A stretch of 64,000 bases of DNA. Origin: Phoronis australis. Taxonomy: Eukaryota > Animalia > Phoronida. The stretch is from contig NMRA01000122.1 in assembly GCA_002633005.1 (NCBI GenBank), positions 62,255 through 126,254 of the forward strand, written 5' to 3'. Below, one piece after another: positions 30,707-44,787 of this stretch. A model generated the notes under the pieces. The model searched no databases, was not told the origin of the DNA, and saw nothing but the letters and a program-made list of their open reading frames with translations. The position numbers and the translations under genes are program-made. Each line of letters begins with the position of its first letter. Positions within the stretch are counted from its first letter, which is position 1.

Positions 30707-33700
30707 TTATCTAGGGTCGTTGCAGCTAAGACCCACCTCGGCAAACGCCGAGGTCACTTCTTTCGTGGAATAGCCTTCGTCACGTGCTGCGCTCAAAACA
30801 CCGCATACTCCACTATTAAAGGTAGTCGTCTTGTCCCAGTAGATTTCGTTAGCTATTGCGAATACTTTAAATGTGGGAATGATTCCGAGACCTTTTTCTT
30901 TCGCGAGAACGCAGAAGACTCGGTTATAAAGACCAGATGCAAAGTGGATATTCAATTTGGCATGGTATTGACTATAGTGGGAAATCGATCGACCGTCTAC
31001 GCGTGGATTGCACATGTCTCGCAATCCAAGATTTGGAAGCTTAAAAATGCTAGCGCCAATTTTGTAATCGTTCGTATTATCCACATAATGTTCTACAGCT
31101 TCACCAACCATGTCGCAGAAGGCTTCGTCGATGGCACCTGACTCGCCCCAGTATTCCAGATTAGCATTGCCTTTTTTGGCAGTAAACCCGTGGCCTATTT
31201 CGTGACCAACAACGTCGCAAGACGTCAAGGGATAGCTCAGGTTAGACGCACGGTTACCGTCACCGAAAAAGAAGTATGAGTTGTAGTAGAAAGCGGTATC
31301 CCAGTTATATCCAACATGAACTGCAAGGTATATCCAACCGTCGGTTGGTAAAGTGTTCAGAGTATCCAAGAAGAACCGTTTCACTTTGGTGGCGCAGAAA
31401 TGCGCATCGCTAAGAGCAGAATATCCTCCATTGACGGAGTCATACATGTTTCCCTCGGTGCAGCCGAACGTTTTGGGGTAGGGTGGCCAACTCAGGCCTT
31501 TTTGGAAGTCGTAGGTCGACACACCCGATGTGTTCAGGCTGCAGACCGTTTTCGCTGTGTTCGACGAAACCGACAACGGTGGATACTTACTGTTTGCTTG
31601 GGAGGAATACGTGTGCTTCCCCGTCTGAAAATTACATTTAACTTGGTACAATGCGATAGGAAAGACGAATTTTGCTCCTTGTAATAAAGCTTAATATTTT
31701 AACGTTTTTTTTTATAACAGAAGGGACCATATGATAACTGCGAATCTGTACTGTACATGTACAATTTACGAATAAGCTGACAATATGTAAATAGCCATGA
31801 CGTTTGCAGCTAAACAGACGTTTCATGAAAATGGAAGCATTTCAAAGCAGCGTTCTGTAAGAGTATTTCAGTACTATTTACTGGGAAGTGGTCACCGGCA
31901 CATCGAACTATTTCAATATTGTACTAAATCTGGTGATTTCACCCACATGTGGTTTCGTAACCTGCTTACACCATTGATGCATAGAGGGATTTAAAGGGGT
32001 AGTCTGTAGGTGTTTAGAGATTTCGTGAGCTTCTCCAATGCGAAAATTGTGGTTAAGACGTCCTAAATCTATCAGTGTCAGCCAAGGCGCCACCCATGGA
32101 CGATAAAAGAACTAAAATATTTCCTAAATATGTGATTAAACATATTCTGTGGTTCTTGGTGGCTGTTCTTTGCCGAAGCTGTCGTGTGGCTCACCTAAAG
32201 CGTTAGTGAGGACTTCGCAAGGAGCTCTTCTCGCTGGTTCCCTACGTGCCTAGTTAGCACGCTGCGTGATGGCTACCGACCTCCTGGCGACACGCAGGGA
32301 ACCAGCGAGCTCTTGCGATTGAATAAAAATCAGACGCATATTTCGTTTTGGTGGACAAGTCGTGATAGCGGTTTGTAGAGTTTAGCGGCCTCTTCGGAAA
32401 TTAGAAATTTACAGTAGTTACAATGTTCGACAGTGGCTCATTCTTTGAAGCAGCTTGTCGAACTGAAGTTTCGACGGTTGGAGGATATTTCAAGTGTATT
32501 CTGAAGCCAGGGTTGAGTTACGTAGACGTAAGAATCTCGTGAGTCAAGCTAGCTATTCTAGCTGCTATATCTGGAATGCACCAGCGATATCTTAAGAAGT
32601 CACGTTTGCGGGATCTTACGTTTTCGCGAGCCAGGTTCTCGCGTATATGGAACGTTCCCCAGAATTTAGAATGCATGACATCACGTTTTCTCGTGGAAAA
32701 CAATTGTACAAAGTGGCTGGCAAAAGAGTACGAAGATATACCTACTGCTCGAGTGCTTCTTACCTCCCCGGCCATCGTAACATATCGATATTTTAAATCA
32801 AGCCCTCAGGTTTTCAAAATGGCCCGATTTGAATATCCATTTGCTTGAAACATCGTGTGTTCTGTGTTGATAGGCATGCAGATACATGTCATGTAGTTTG
32901 GACATACGAAAAGTTTACTGCCATAATAGGCCTGACTAATATTTTGCTATCTAAAATAAATTTCACTGGTCCAACACTTACTTTTGTCGTTCCTCCAAAA
33001 CTGTTGGCCAGATAGGGAAACTGTTTTTTCAAGTTATCCCAAGTTTTCCACACGCGCCCTCGTTTCTTGGCGTCTACAATACACAACGGGCTCATCGGTT
33101 GACGGGGCGTCAACAGGAGATAAGTAACCACATATACTAGGCGAGGAGGCGTGTAACGTCTGTTGTGCAGACTTGAGGCACGCGATGGAGCTTTTTTCCG
33201 TAGTTTTGGAAGACCTGGAATTAAAATTTCAAATCTCAATCACTGTCTTGTGTTTTGGTAATACGACATATTTGTCGAAGGCGAATTGAGAGCGTACTGC
33301 TGCTGTGGGGGAGAGGAGTGGAAGCGACTAAGTAGGCCACATCATTTGCAACAAACACTTCGATGGTGATTCAAAAAATTCCCTAGATTTGTGTAGTTAA
33401 AAAGGAATCTGTTGTAGAGTTTCGAACTCCCAAAGGTACCGTCGTAGATAAATTTGTCAGAAAAGAGTGCCATTTTGTGGGGTAAATTGCTCTTGAACTA
33501 GTCAGTACCCTTTTGAGGTGCATGTGCCATAAAGTCTTCAATGGAAGAGGTGTGAAACAACACTTAGCGGGTCTATCCATGAACGTTTTCAACTATGTAA
33601 AACTGTGATATTTGTCGGTGAATCTGTCGCCTTGGCCAGTAGGTTCCTGGATTAGAGCAATGAGTAGCATTTGGCTTGCAGGAAAGCGTTACGTTCGTGT

Positions 33701-36700
33701 TTGTTAAAATTTACCTGGATGAATGAAGAGCTCCGTATGTGGTTTCTGTATACCCGTTTTTGGATGGCCATGGGCTTTTCTGCAAACATCAATGGCCTCC
33801 AACGGTTGCAGTCGTGGAATTACTGCGCTTCTGTCTGCAAAAGTCGTGTTTAAATAGTCTGTTATTTCGTACCGCCCTTTCTACCAAATTTGGAGAATAT
33901 GCAGTCACTCATAAACACGTATGTATGTATGGTCCCCTTCCTCCTCAACTGTGAAATTGTCACTGAAACAAAATCCAACCAGTTCACAATGTATTTTTAC
34001 GAATTCTTTGTAAAAATTTTGAATTTCTGTTGACTTCAAAGCATTTTTCTTTTAGTTTCAAATTTCAAAAAATTGATCTGTCAACAGCTGGTCACTTTGT
34101 CGATTTTGTCACACAAGGTGAAGCACGTCTCCTTATTTGGTTGGGCAAGACAAAGATGTACCACATTTCCTTTATATGACGTTTGACCTTTGATGTTATC
34201 AAAACAATGTCGACTTCAAGCAGCAGCCAGTCCGATTAAGAAGCAACGGAAGTAAGTCTTAATTGTTTGAAGCTAGGAACTAGTTCCTAGTTTGAAGTTA
34301 GTGTCAAAGGTGTCGTAGTATTCAAAAATATTCTAAAATGCACTAAGAATTCTGTTTGGGATATAGATGCTTCCCTGGCTTGCCTCATACTGTGCTGTCG
34401 ACCTCAGATTGGGAGTGCAATCACACGTGATCTGCCGTTAATATCCATCTTGTCAGTCAGCTTTGACCGCATGCGCGAATTTGTCATTAAGTAGCATGGA
34501 GATTAGAAACTATGTGGTGACTAAGATTTTTTTTCTTAGCGCGTATTTCAAAACTCGTGGGTTTTGTCATTTTTGTGGAAACGCCCTTAAAGGGGAAAGT
34601 GAATAACTCTGTAGTAGACGTTGCCAGACAGCACTTTCGTCATGAACTGTTTAAAGGATATTTTTGTATGTTATAAGTACCTTTTGCGAAAAGAGAATAC
34701 AAATGGTGTATTTCACATAAATAGGCCTTCGGCCCACGTTACAAATATATAATAAACAGTTCAGGATTTCCAAACCAACACATCAACAAACTCATTTCTA
34801 CTTTCCTGGACATTAATTAATATAGTTAGCAATTTTCTTCAAGTTATGTAAATCATGGATCTGTAGGAGATCCCTGAATACTGCTTCATCCACCCTCATC
34901 GAATCTATGTAAAAACTATTGTGCAAATCAGAATATAATTTACATTCTATAAGATAGTGAATTTCTGAGTCCACATTTCCAGTATTGCTGCAGGGACATT
35001 CTCTCCTCTCTAACTGCGAAAAGAGAGTCACCTTAGGAGGCCGTTGATGTCCTTATCTCTACCTACTCGAACAAATACTCCCGAAATCAAACTATTTTCG
35101 AACATTCCTTCGTCCAGTTGCCCAAACAAGCCACTGTCCACTTTTTACATTGCTGGCGCCAGGGGGTATGGTCTCGTTCGAGCTGAGAAGAGTTAAAGAT
35201 ATCAAATACCTGGCAAGGTATCCGTCTATTCACAAAAAGTACTTATAGCAACACGACTCTGTTGGTGTAGTCATTGTGAGGCATAAGTCGCCGAAAAAAG
35301 TCCGGCGTATGGCTGTCCGCTGAGATGGTCACCGTCTCTACAGTGGCTAGTGGTAGTGTCTAGAGCCCTGTCGTGCTTATTCTTGATCTCTGAGCCGAGA
35401 TGACCAAAACGGAGCGATGTGTATCGCGCTCCACCCGGCTACTATTGTGCGACGTACCGTAAAGCTTTAAAAAGGTAACACCTGTATATTTGGTTCCTAC
35501 AGTATGTTAAGAGCATCAACCTGATCCCAACAGTGCCATAAATTGCCAAATGTTGGCTTATTGACTTGCTTTTGCCTACGTCACCGCGAGAATCACCTTT
35601 TAATTCAAACAGCTGCGAATAACACCCGCTCGCAATGCTGTTCTATTCAAATCCCTACTTGCGCACTTTGATGGCGCTGCAAAAATGATTGTTGTTTGTT
35701 GTTAACAACCCAAACGTGAAAGCGCGCGTGTTTCAAACACGCAGAACCATTGTAGTTTGAATATAACAACTCGTTTTCAAGCCCAATTAAATGTGGAGTA
35801 ATAATTACATGTAAACCAGTACACGTCACTGATGAAAATACCTTTCAGGAACTTTTTTAGCCTACGAGCAAGCCTGCCTGTCGTCCAACCTGTGTAAAAT
35901 CCACCTGAGATCTCTGTGACAACATGTGACCCGTAGACTGGCACACCGTAGTATTGCTGCTGTAACTTAACCTGGCAATGACCGACATATTTAGTACTGA
36001 AACTCAAAAAAGCTTTAAGGCAATGTAGATGTGTGACAGAATTGACGAAACATTTGCTGGCAAGATGGCTTAAAGAACAAAATATCCAAGTCGCCCGGCC
36101 TATCGCTTAGACAAACTGGATTACTTGCGGCTATTCTCTTTGCCTAAGGCTGCGTCACATGATCGATTTCCTGTAGTTAAGCCCGTTACCCCCCCCCCTC
36201 AAAGCCTTCTGAAATGCAGACATTTTTTTGTGTGTGGTAAACCATAAACAAATGACGTGGAACCGTAATCAGCCGTCGTATAGACAATGTCTTTCGGATG
36301 TCTTTTAAAGCTGTTGTTAATTATTTCATTAAATAGTTTTGGGATTTTAAAAATCGAACAGCCAACTCTGTTAATTTTACTTGCTGAAAAGCATCGTGAA
36401 AGTTATTTTATCGACATTTTATAATTAAAGCGTAAGGCAGCAATTTTAGTGTCATTTTTGGTTAAATTGCGATGTTCTGATTATCTTTATTAAATATTTA
36501 AATCAAATAAATTTTCCCTAGATGTAACTTATTATGCATGCAAATTTTACGACCTGAATTGTTCCCCACCAGTTTGGAATTTATACGGATTTTGGACAGT
36601 GTTTGACAGCGGATGCGTCTTTGTTTAACTCAGCACAGCAAATCAAAGCAAGACAATTATTATTCTTGGTGGCGACCTTAAACTCCCAAGCTGGTTCTGG

Positions 36701-39700
36701 AAACGAGTTACCTCAAACTGAATGCACCATACCTAAATATCCATGCCCTATCCAATGTACTCGACCAGATCATACAGTAGTCGACAAGGAATGGAAACAC
36801 CACAGAGCTTATCTTAACAAACCAACCAAACCAGATTAACCGTAACCAACCCCTTCTTGGTATGAGCGACGACGACGGAAGATGCAAACCCAAAGACCAA
36901 CTCCGTTTTATAATAAGGCCGATTGGGATATATTATGTAACCACGGGGGTAACCAAACTTAGAAGATTACACTAGAACCTGGCTTATCCCCCGAACATCT
37001 GTGGCGGGAGTTTAAGGGTGCCTTGGCATCCCTCACAATATGTCCAAACGATTTGAAAGTAAACCTTGGATCATTCTTGCCGTTCAACATAAAATGAAGC
37101 AAAGAGCTCGATAAGTATGGTCATGAAGAAGACGAATTGTTATTCCGTAGGCTGCGGAGTTAGTTTCAATCTTATTGAAACTATACTGAAAACGCCATTA
37201 CCCCCAAAGGATGATAACCAGTTTGGTTCAAAGAAAACTTTTATCAAGCATTAAAGTATTAACAGCACTAGGACAAAAGAAGAAGAAAAGCGGAAGGAGA
37301 AGGAGAAGGAGAAGAAGAAGAGACGAAGAAGAAGAAGAAGACAGAGAAGAAGAAGGTAGAGGAGGAGGAAGAGAAGGAAGAGGAAAAGTTATTTGTTTTC
37401 CTCGAATTCTTATTCAGTTGATGCGTACCGGTATGTAAGCATCATGAACTCTAGCCTAGTATAGAAGTTCCGTTTCACAGACTGCCAGTGGATGGCAAAA
37501 TCCGTCGGAGTTGACTAGTTCGTGTGAAGAACGCTAGTTCACGTCACGACCGGTAAAAATGTCGCGCATAATGCAAACGTCATTTACATGTATTGTCTGA
37601 TTACGAAGGGAGCGTGTGCGTGGAGTCATGAGCGTTAAAGATATTATGATGAAGGATGTCATGCCGTCCGCATTTCCCTTTTGTCCTCCGACGCCATGTG
37701 GTATTAGCAAGCTGCAGCCTCTGTAGTGTCTCAAGATCACGAACTTGATGTCACCTGTGCCTGTCTTTGAACAGCCATCGCAGCGTTCAAGGCAGCACAG
37801 CTTCACCATGAACATGATTTACGTATTTGGCTGACTCTAGTCATTTCCCGTCCACTGAATATCAAGGGGTGGTTAAATCCCACTAAATTGAGTTCTTGTT
37901 CAATCTAGGAGTGTCTGAGAATACACGACCAAGGCAAATAACTAGGGTACTGTTTTGGAAAACGTATAATAATCTAACAATGCCCACATTGAATTGTGGC
38001 ACAAACAAAGCTGGTGGGGATTGATTCGGTGAACGCCACTTCCGGAATGACGACTGCATAATTAAGTATAATTAACCAAGGGAATTTGATAAATTGACAA
38101 TTTATTCAGGACAATCAAAAAATTGCAAACAATGGTATGTAATTTATATCAGTTTCACACGAGATGACCACTGAACAATTCGCTTGCTCCTTACGTTTCA
38201 AAGGTGACGCAGTTCACTTCTCCAGTTGAGGAAAGCTAGTATTTTTGTAGACCTACCAATGTTCTCCTACCTTGACTCTGCCTCGCCGAGTTTTGAAAGA
38301 TTTCATGGAGCGCAAAGTTTCGTCTTTTCCAATGTCAAGTGTAAACATCAGTTTGGCCCGAGACATTTTCGTGCGCATGCCAAATCCACTGCGGTGTATA
38401 TTGACCATTTCACTGGACCCGGGATATATCACGGAAAGCGGAAGAAGCGCTGAAAGAAACAAAACGGTGTGCACTCCCCTGGGGTCTTCAGAAAAAATGG
38501 TGCTAGTGCGCCTCCAAGAGGTAAATAACAAAAACGCATTTCAATGCGTTTGAATCGACAAAAGTAAAGACATCAAAGCTCTTGAAATGTGCAACCATAT
38601 TAATAACTGACTCGAGAAAGTGACCCACTCCAATAGCTCACGCAAAAAGTGTCGAACTTTAACACTTTATATATAAATGACCCATAAAGAATCCCCACTG
38701 ACAGAACATTCATAAACCATATGTATTTGTCACCAATCGCAGTACTAGGGTTGACAAAATGTCTACCCAAATGAATTGGTGGAGTCTATACCCATATCGA
38801 TATCAAAATAGGCGAAAACTCTAGTAGAGTGTCACATGTGTATGCAACAGTGCCGCAAGAAAGAATCATGGGGAATCACTGAATAATGAGAAAAGTGATT
38901 TTGGGTTGTCAAGTAGATGCCCGTATGATGGCAATGGTAGCAATGGTATTGGTCTTTTTGTTGATGATCGTAATGGTGGTAGCAATTGTTAAGTGATGGT
39001 AACGGAAGTGATGGTGGTTCAAACCTGTTACGTGTGACCTCCCCTTTATAGCGTTAATAACTGAATTTTACAGGGCATTATTTCTACATTTTCCGATTGC
39101 TATTTTAATGTCTCTATACACAAACAGAAGAGAGCCGACAAGCATGGCAGTCTACGTTTATTTGAAGGGGAGTAACGTAATTATTAATACCTAAACGCCA
39201 GTTGAAAATCTCATGTGTATTTCATACCACAAAACTATGACGAAATTATGACCACTCCAGCTTTAATTATACGGTTAAATAGATATTAACTTAGCGACAT
39301 AATTTACATAGGGTACATGCCACATTATTGGTTTTTGAAGACAACTGACAGGCACGATGGGTCATTAACGGTACTTAACAGCAGGTTGCGCTTTTCGATA
39401 TTTCCAGAAAAAAAGATTAATTGCAATTGACCTTAACTATGCATTTTAATTTTCCATTTTAATTTTCCATGAGTCACATACGAACTCATCATGAGTACGG
39501 AGTTAACTCGCCTTCTATCACAGAAACTAACTCTTGATGTAGACAAAGAAGCCTTATGAAATATGTCTTAGAACATTTCCTCGATGAAGTTAGCAGCAGT
39601 AATTTTAGGGCTTCGAACGAACTGGCAGTTGTATTCTGCTTGATTTCAAACTGGCTTATCAACGCGGATGATTTCACGTGTGGCCGCGTCTTGTCTGAAG

Positions 39701-40599
39701 GAATTTGCAAGACGACAAATTATTTTTGTCAGAGTAAAATACATGGACCAAAATCTAAAGTTTAATCATTGATTGTACTCAGTTACATTGTACATCAAAC
39801 CGTATTATAGTGGGCATTTTCACAGTTCGTTGCACATTCATTTGAAACAAAACATGAGTATATGTTTGACTGTTTGTGAATCACAGTACTAAAAATTACG
39901 CTCCTAGATTTCACTGATCGTGTGTCAAAATGTGAATATCGTTTGAATTTTGGTTCAGTTATTTTTTTTATTGTGTTTATGTATCAATATGTATTTAAAG
40001 ACAATGGGCGATACCACTGAAATTGGCAATTTCTGGTGATTAAATGTATCAGAAAACATTCAATCCCAAAACTTGTACAGTTGACGAGTTTCTATACAGT
40101 CAAATAGTTTCCTGATTTCCCGTATTCTTATAATTAACCACACTTTCAGCGAATATGTTTTTTATTTTATTAGCAGACCCGTCAATATGGTTTTACTCCT
40201 TTAACTAACCCAAAAGCTCGAAACACGTAGCCTGATGAGCCCCAATTTATTACATCAATCCGTTGGCCAATTTATTGCAAATGTCAGTGCTGTTACGTTT
40301 GTAATATAACGGACCGTTTTTATAAAGCGGGAATCATCGGTGGCCTCACAATGATTAAAAATATTATGCCTTTGTCTAAAGTCAAAACTTAAATATCAAT
40401 TACTTTTCATTGCTCTTCATTGTGAAATAAAACAGGTCTATGACGATCCTTGTGCGTAACAGGTGTTTGCTTCAGGGGGAAACCAGCCTCGCTTTGACTT
40501 GCAAAATGACGAAATCGTGCGTAAAGCAACGTTAAGCTTACTGGTAACTCCAAACAATATAGAATACAAGAGAATATGAGCTTTGATTAAGATAAGCAT
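30707..40599 (-). CDS. M4 (thermolysin/LasB/vibriolysin-type) zinc metalloprotease preproprotein, paralog 1 (~545 aa); exons 40599-40542 (putative), 38449-38271, 35971-35842, 33834-33715, 33214-32982, 31624-30707
   Basis: All junctions are GT-AG and phase-compatible (1,0,1,1,0). Hydrophobic leader MLILIKAHILLYSILFGVTTLLPL. FTP-like VKLQQQYYGVPVYGSHVV. PepSY-like RLVYVVTY...CIVDAK. Mature region GGTTK/TGKHTY, ALSDAHF, HEIGHGFT, GAIDEAFCD, LRDM, NIHFASGLYNRVF, ANEIYW, CGVLSAA...F.EVGLSC. The first exon is less certain. Confidence 0.9.
34740..35031 (-). mobile_element. 3' end fragment of a non-LTR retrotransposon (CCHC zinc knuckle)
   Basis: ERRECPCSNTGNVDSEIHYLIECKLYSDL resembles the R.C..C...EDE.HFL..C..Y..LR C-terminus of LINE ORF2. 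Confidence 0.6.
36600..37130 (+). mobile_element. Decayed LINE APE-endonuclease fragment
   Basis: TIIILGGDL (GDFN-like), TRPDHTVV (IDH-like) and NKADWD motifs in broken frames. Confidence 0.45.
37276..37386 (+). repeat. Purine-rich (GAA/GGA) simple repeat
   Basis: Directly visible. Confidence 0.9.
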
Positions 40600-42364
40600 G
40601 TGATTTTACACCATGTTGTATTGCATATTTCATTCCTGTGACTTTTGCGTTTTTGTGAATTCAAACAGTAAACTATTAATTTACAAATATCTTGACACAA
40701 CCTACCGACACACAAGACGAGCCCTGGAACCATGCTGACAAAGTGAGTCTCATAGAGTGCAATGACACAGCATCTGCAAACAAAATGAAACTGAGATCAA
40801 CATCTTGTGCAAAACTTAGGTCGTCAAAGAGGTAAGTATGAGTTTTGCGGAAGGTCAGTCAACATACCAGTTCACTGTTCAATTACGTTCGTCTCTACGT
40901 TTACTTGTAGGTTACTAGAAAATAAGATATGTACAGTACATTGTATTTATTACATTTCACTACTGTGATTTAGAAATATCTGCCCTCGCTATAACTGTAA
41001 AGCTTTGTTCGGATCAAAACGCCGGTAAGCTCAACGATCTAACTTCAGGAAAGAGATCATCCAGAGTATTTTAAACCTCAAAAACTCATCATGGAGCAAA
41101 CACCAGTGATTGTTATGGCGGACTCAAAGTTTACCAGGTAAAAAAATCGGGTTTCGTCAAAAATTGCAATCGTACTAGAAAGTGGCTCTCAACAAAAACA
41201 TTTTCCAAAAACGTAGTATCCCTGAAGACATGCAACATGACATAATCGATTTGACAGCCTAAAATTTTTTTTTCATTATTATTGTTTGATTTTATAGGTT
41301 AATTAGCTTTGACCACATCAACAAAACGCCAAAATCCATTGTGTTTTGTGATTTTATTACAATTTGTCAATTCTCACAGTTGTCTACCGCTGAAAGCTAT
41401 CACCGGTGATTATCCAGTTGCAAATAATCGAATCTGGGTTAGCCAGCTTTGGACTGCGACTGTTTCAGTGGTGGGGTTAGTCTCAGAATACCACTTTTCT
41501 TGCCGGAAAAAGTTCCAAATTTGGATAATTTAGGAACATCATATCTCAGAAATCGTTGATTGGATTCATACGTAACGTTCAGATATCATGCTTTATGGCT
41601 AAATACACAAACTTGTCAATAAGGTCCTGCGTAATTTTAAGTATACGTCGCTATAGCTATATATTACTTGACCCTAGAGGTTTAACCAGGCTCAGAGCAT
41701 CGCTTCTGAAATATTCTGTCACTATCACCAATTTTCATCACAATGCCTAAATAAAAAAAGAAAATTTATCATTAGGAAATTGTCGGAACATAGACATTTG
41801 CAAATGTTTATTTCTCGAAAACGTACCTTACAATGTCAACACTTTACAAACTTCACATGCCCTCCTTAAATACTTAACAAGATACTAAATTTATTATTTA
41901 TTTATTAGTAGCAGTTTCATTTATAAAATTCAATTTCTTCACTTCTGAATATACCTTAGTTTTGGGAAAGTGAAATTCTACGTAGGATTCGTCTGTCGAC
42001 AAACACATACAAATCTCTTCGCGCTTATCCTCGCACCCTTTAGCCCACTCAACATAATAGCATCTAATGTACTGTACCTGTTCCTAATGACACCTTCCTC
42101 TGTCTTGATTTCAGTTTTGTCCAATTGTTTTATAGTGATAGCGCAATTGTAGAAAATTTAAATTGTAACATAAATCAAACTTTTAATGGGTGGACGATTG
42201 TTTTTACCGTTGGACCTCGATTGCTCCCCCTCTCAGGGCTACAACGTCTTGTGAAGTTGATCGATTATTGTGAACGCATCAACAGAATTACACAAACACA
42301 ATTGGTGTACAGTGATTATATCAGCCAACTCAGAAATCAAGCATTTCGGCACCGTCTACATTAA

Positions 42365-43786
42365 GGGAGGAAGCAACCTTTTTCATGTCATTTTTAGTAA
42401 CAATACGGTCAGTTCCTTGATTATCCCAGACATATTTGTCAGCTAATGACGGCTTCCCGTAATTTAATTAATTAGTATTCTCCTATTCCGGAAGTGACGT
42501 TTAGGGTATAGAATTTCCCGCCATTTTGTTTTCACATTGTCTGACAATGTGAGCTGTCGAGTTAGTCATTGTTTTACCTCAGTTGTGATAAGTTCAGTCG
42601 TCGTTTGCATTTGTTTAAGAGTCAGTGAACATGTTGCGCGGTTGCTTCCTTCCGGGACGTACTCGTTATCGTCTCACGTGCCATTACATTGCGCTCCGAC
42701 GGATGACATGCTCCGCCTTCCTTGGCTCGTTCGTGTGAAGAACGCAGTGTTACCCGACCAAGGAACGTACAAAGTAGTGGAGAATCAGCGAGTGTGCGGC
42801 AAGCATTTTCTGCCATCGGATAACGAAAGATACCTGAAAGTGATGAACGTTCCTGAAAAACAACGCCTGGAGAAGGGTACCGTTCTGTCGATGTTAATGC
42901 CCGGCAGTGTCTCCTCGCCGCTCCCGAAAAGTGCATTTTTGAAGCGAGAAGCCTCGCGAGCTTGGGTTCCTACAGGGATTCGAGGCTCTTCAAGTATTGT
43001 CATCCTATCCAGCCAGCAATAGTTGTATGAAGTCCATCGTCAAAAAACAGCTGTTTGTAGCCAGCCAGCTATATTCAATATACAAATTTGCACCAACGCT
43101 ACTGTCACAAGTGCCTCCGAAGGTATCCCTAGAGCGTGCAATTCCGGGAACTAACATTGGTTTGCCCTGTGCTGACATTGTTTCCAGCCCAGCAGCCCTT
43201 CAGCGATGTTGAATAATGGGGGTGAATACATGTACAAGCCCAGTTCGTCATCAGCCAGTGAGGAGGACAGTTCGTGGTCCAGTGAACACTAGTGCCGGTG
43301 AACCAAACTTTGATAAGCTTATTGTGGACTTGACTAGAGCTATTTAGAATGTGCCAGGTGTACGGCGAGGGAGTCACACGGTGGGATGTAAGCTGTTTGG
43401 GTGTTCAGGTTTCCAGCCGGTCAATGTGAGTGTGTCGAAAGTGGGACACTCGGGCAAGTGAGACAGTTGTTCGTCCGTCTGTTGGATGCCCGTCGGAGGT
43501 CCACTTTACCATGCTTTTCACTGGAAACACCTTTCGGTGAAGACACTGACGGACTTCGGTTAAGTCAAGTTGTTTTCCAAGACGACAGTAGAACAGATCC
43601 TCACAGAAAACTCAAACACCGAAGCAAAATAGCTGGAAATTCTAAACCCCTAAACTTCAGTTCCGGAATAGAACAATATTAATTAATTTAATTACGGGAA
43701 GCGGTAATTAACTGCAAAAATATGTCTGGGATAATCAACGAACCGTATTTTTCACTAAAATGACTTAAAAAACGTTGCTTTCTTCT
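42365..43786 (+). mobile_element. Non-autonomous Kolobok-like DNA transposon with decayed THAP-domain transposase
   Basis: TTAA at 42361-42364 and 43787-43790, with ~170-bp imperfect TIRs. Internal RVCGKHFLPSD...RLEKGTVLS (THAP C-H and AVPT-like motifs). Confidence 0.75.
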
Positions 43787-44497
43787 TTAACTACTCCTGG
43801 TTGTGCACCGATGCACTGAGTTGATCATATGCGGTATTGGTTGGCAGGGGTCGCATAGCGTTGTTCCCTCTCTGGTCTCTGTGTTCACCAAAGTAACATC
43901 AGTTGAGCGCCTGTCTCTGCTGTAACTGATTCTTCTGTGCCACTTTTCGTTTCCCTTCGTACAAGGTGACGGTGTCTGCTCTTTTCTTTTACTTTTCGGC
44001 CATAACCTTCACCTTTTCTATTTCTCCCAGGGATTGAGTTTAACCGTACGCTTAGTGGGGACAAATATTAAATATAGAAATCGCATAACAGGTCATGCAG
44101 ATAGGCAAACGAATAAGCCTGACTTACCTCGATTAACTCGTCTCATGAGATGGGACCAGAAACTTGACGGAATGCCTCCAGTCGCACCAAATGCACTTGA
44201 ATTTCTTCATGCTGACTGTCCAAGGCATCCCACGTGAATCGTGCCTGGCTTGAAACATTCTCTTGGTCATTCCTCACACTGCAGCTGGTATTGATTTTCA
44301 TTCCTAAATCTCATGTACCTCTGCTCGGCCCATGACATTACCATTTACGGCAAGAGTGAATAGACCCACGCCTTCAGTCAAAAGCAACAGTTTTCGTTTA
44401 AACCACTTTTAAGTGTCTCTCCTTGTTTCGCATACTGTTTTGAAATAGCATAGATTTTAAAGAAGACTTGTTTCAACAACAAAAGATGATTAATAGA

Positions 44498-44787
44498 GGC
44501 TAACAGCTTATTATTTAAAATGACTTATTCTTATTAAAGTGACATAGACAAAAAATTGAATTTCGGGGGTCAAAAGCGAGGCCATCTATATTAATATTGA
44601 TGTCCCCGCCGAAAGGCAGCCGGAGAGCGGGGCCCTCTAATTTAATACAGAACGCGTCGCTCCCCGGCTACCTTTCGGTGGGGCCAACCATATTAATATA
44701 GGTGGCCTCGCCTTTGACCCCACAAATTCAATTTGTTCCTATGTTATTTTAATAAGAATAAGTCATTTTAAATAATAAACTGTTGGC
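44498..44787. mobile_element. Foldback/hairpin MITE (~130-bp arms, ~28-nt spacer)
   Basis: aacagcttattatttaaaatgacttattcttattaaa...ccgaaaggcagccgg pairs with ccggctacctttcgg...tttaataagaataagtcattttaaataataaactgtt. Confidence 0.8.

Noticed and set aside
30707-31651. M4 protease ORFs as bacterial contamination
   Set aside because: The upstream domains are on separate GT-AG exons with matching phases in both paralogs, and the introns contain eukaryotic repeats.
37211-37438. R/E-rich ORF as a protein
   Set aside because: Purine simple repeat within an intron of M4 paralog 1.
38450-38539. Alternative first exon MRFCYLPLG for M4 paralog 1 via a 62-nt GC-AG intron
   Set aside because: The phase fits and a TATA-like element lies near 38670, but the donor GCGCAC is very weak. 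The 40599-40542 exon has a canonical GTAAGC donor and a better hydrophobic leader. Not fully excluded.
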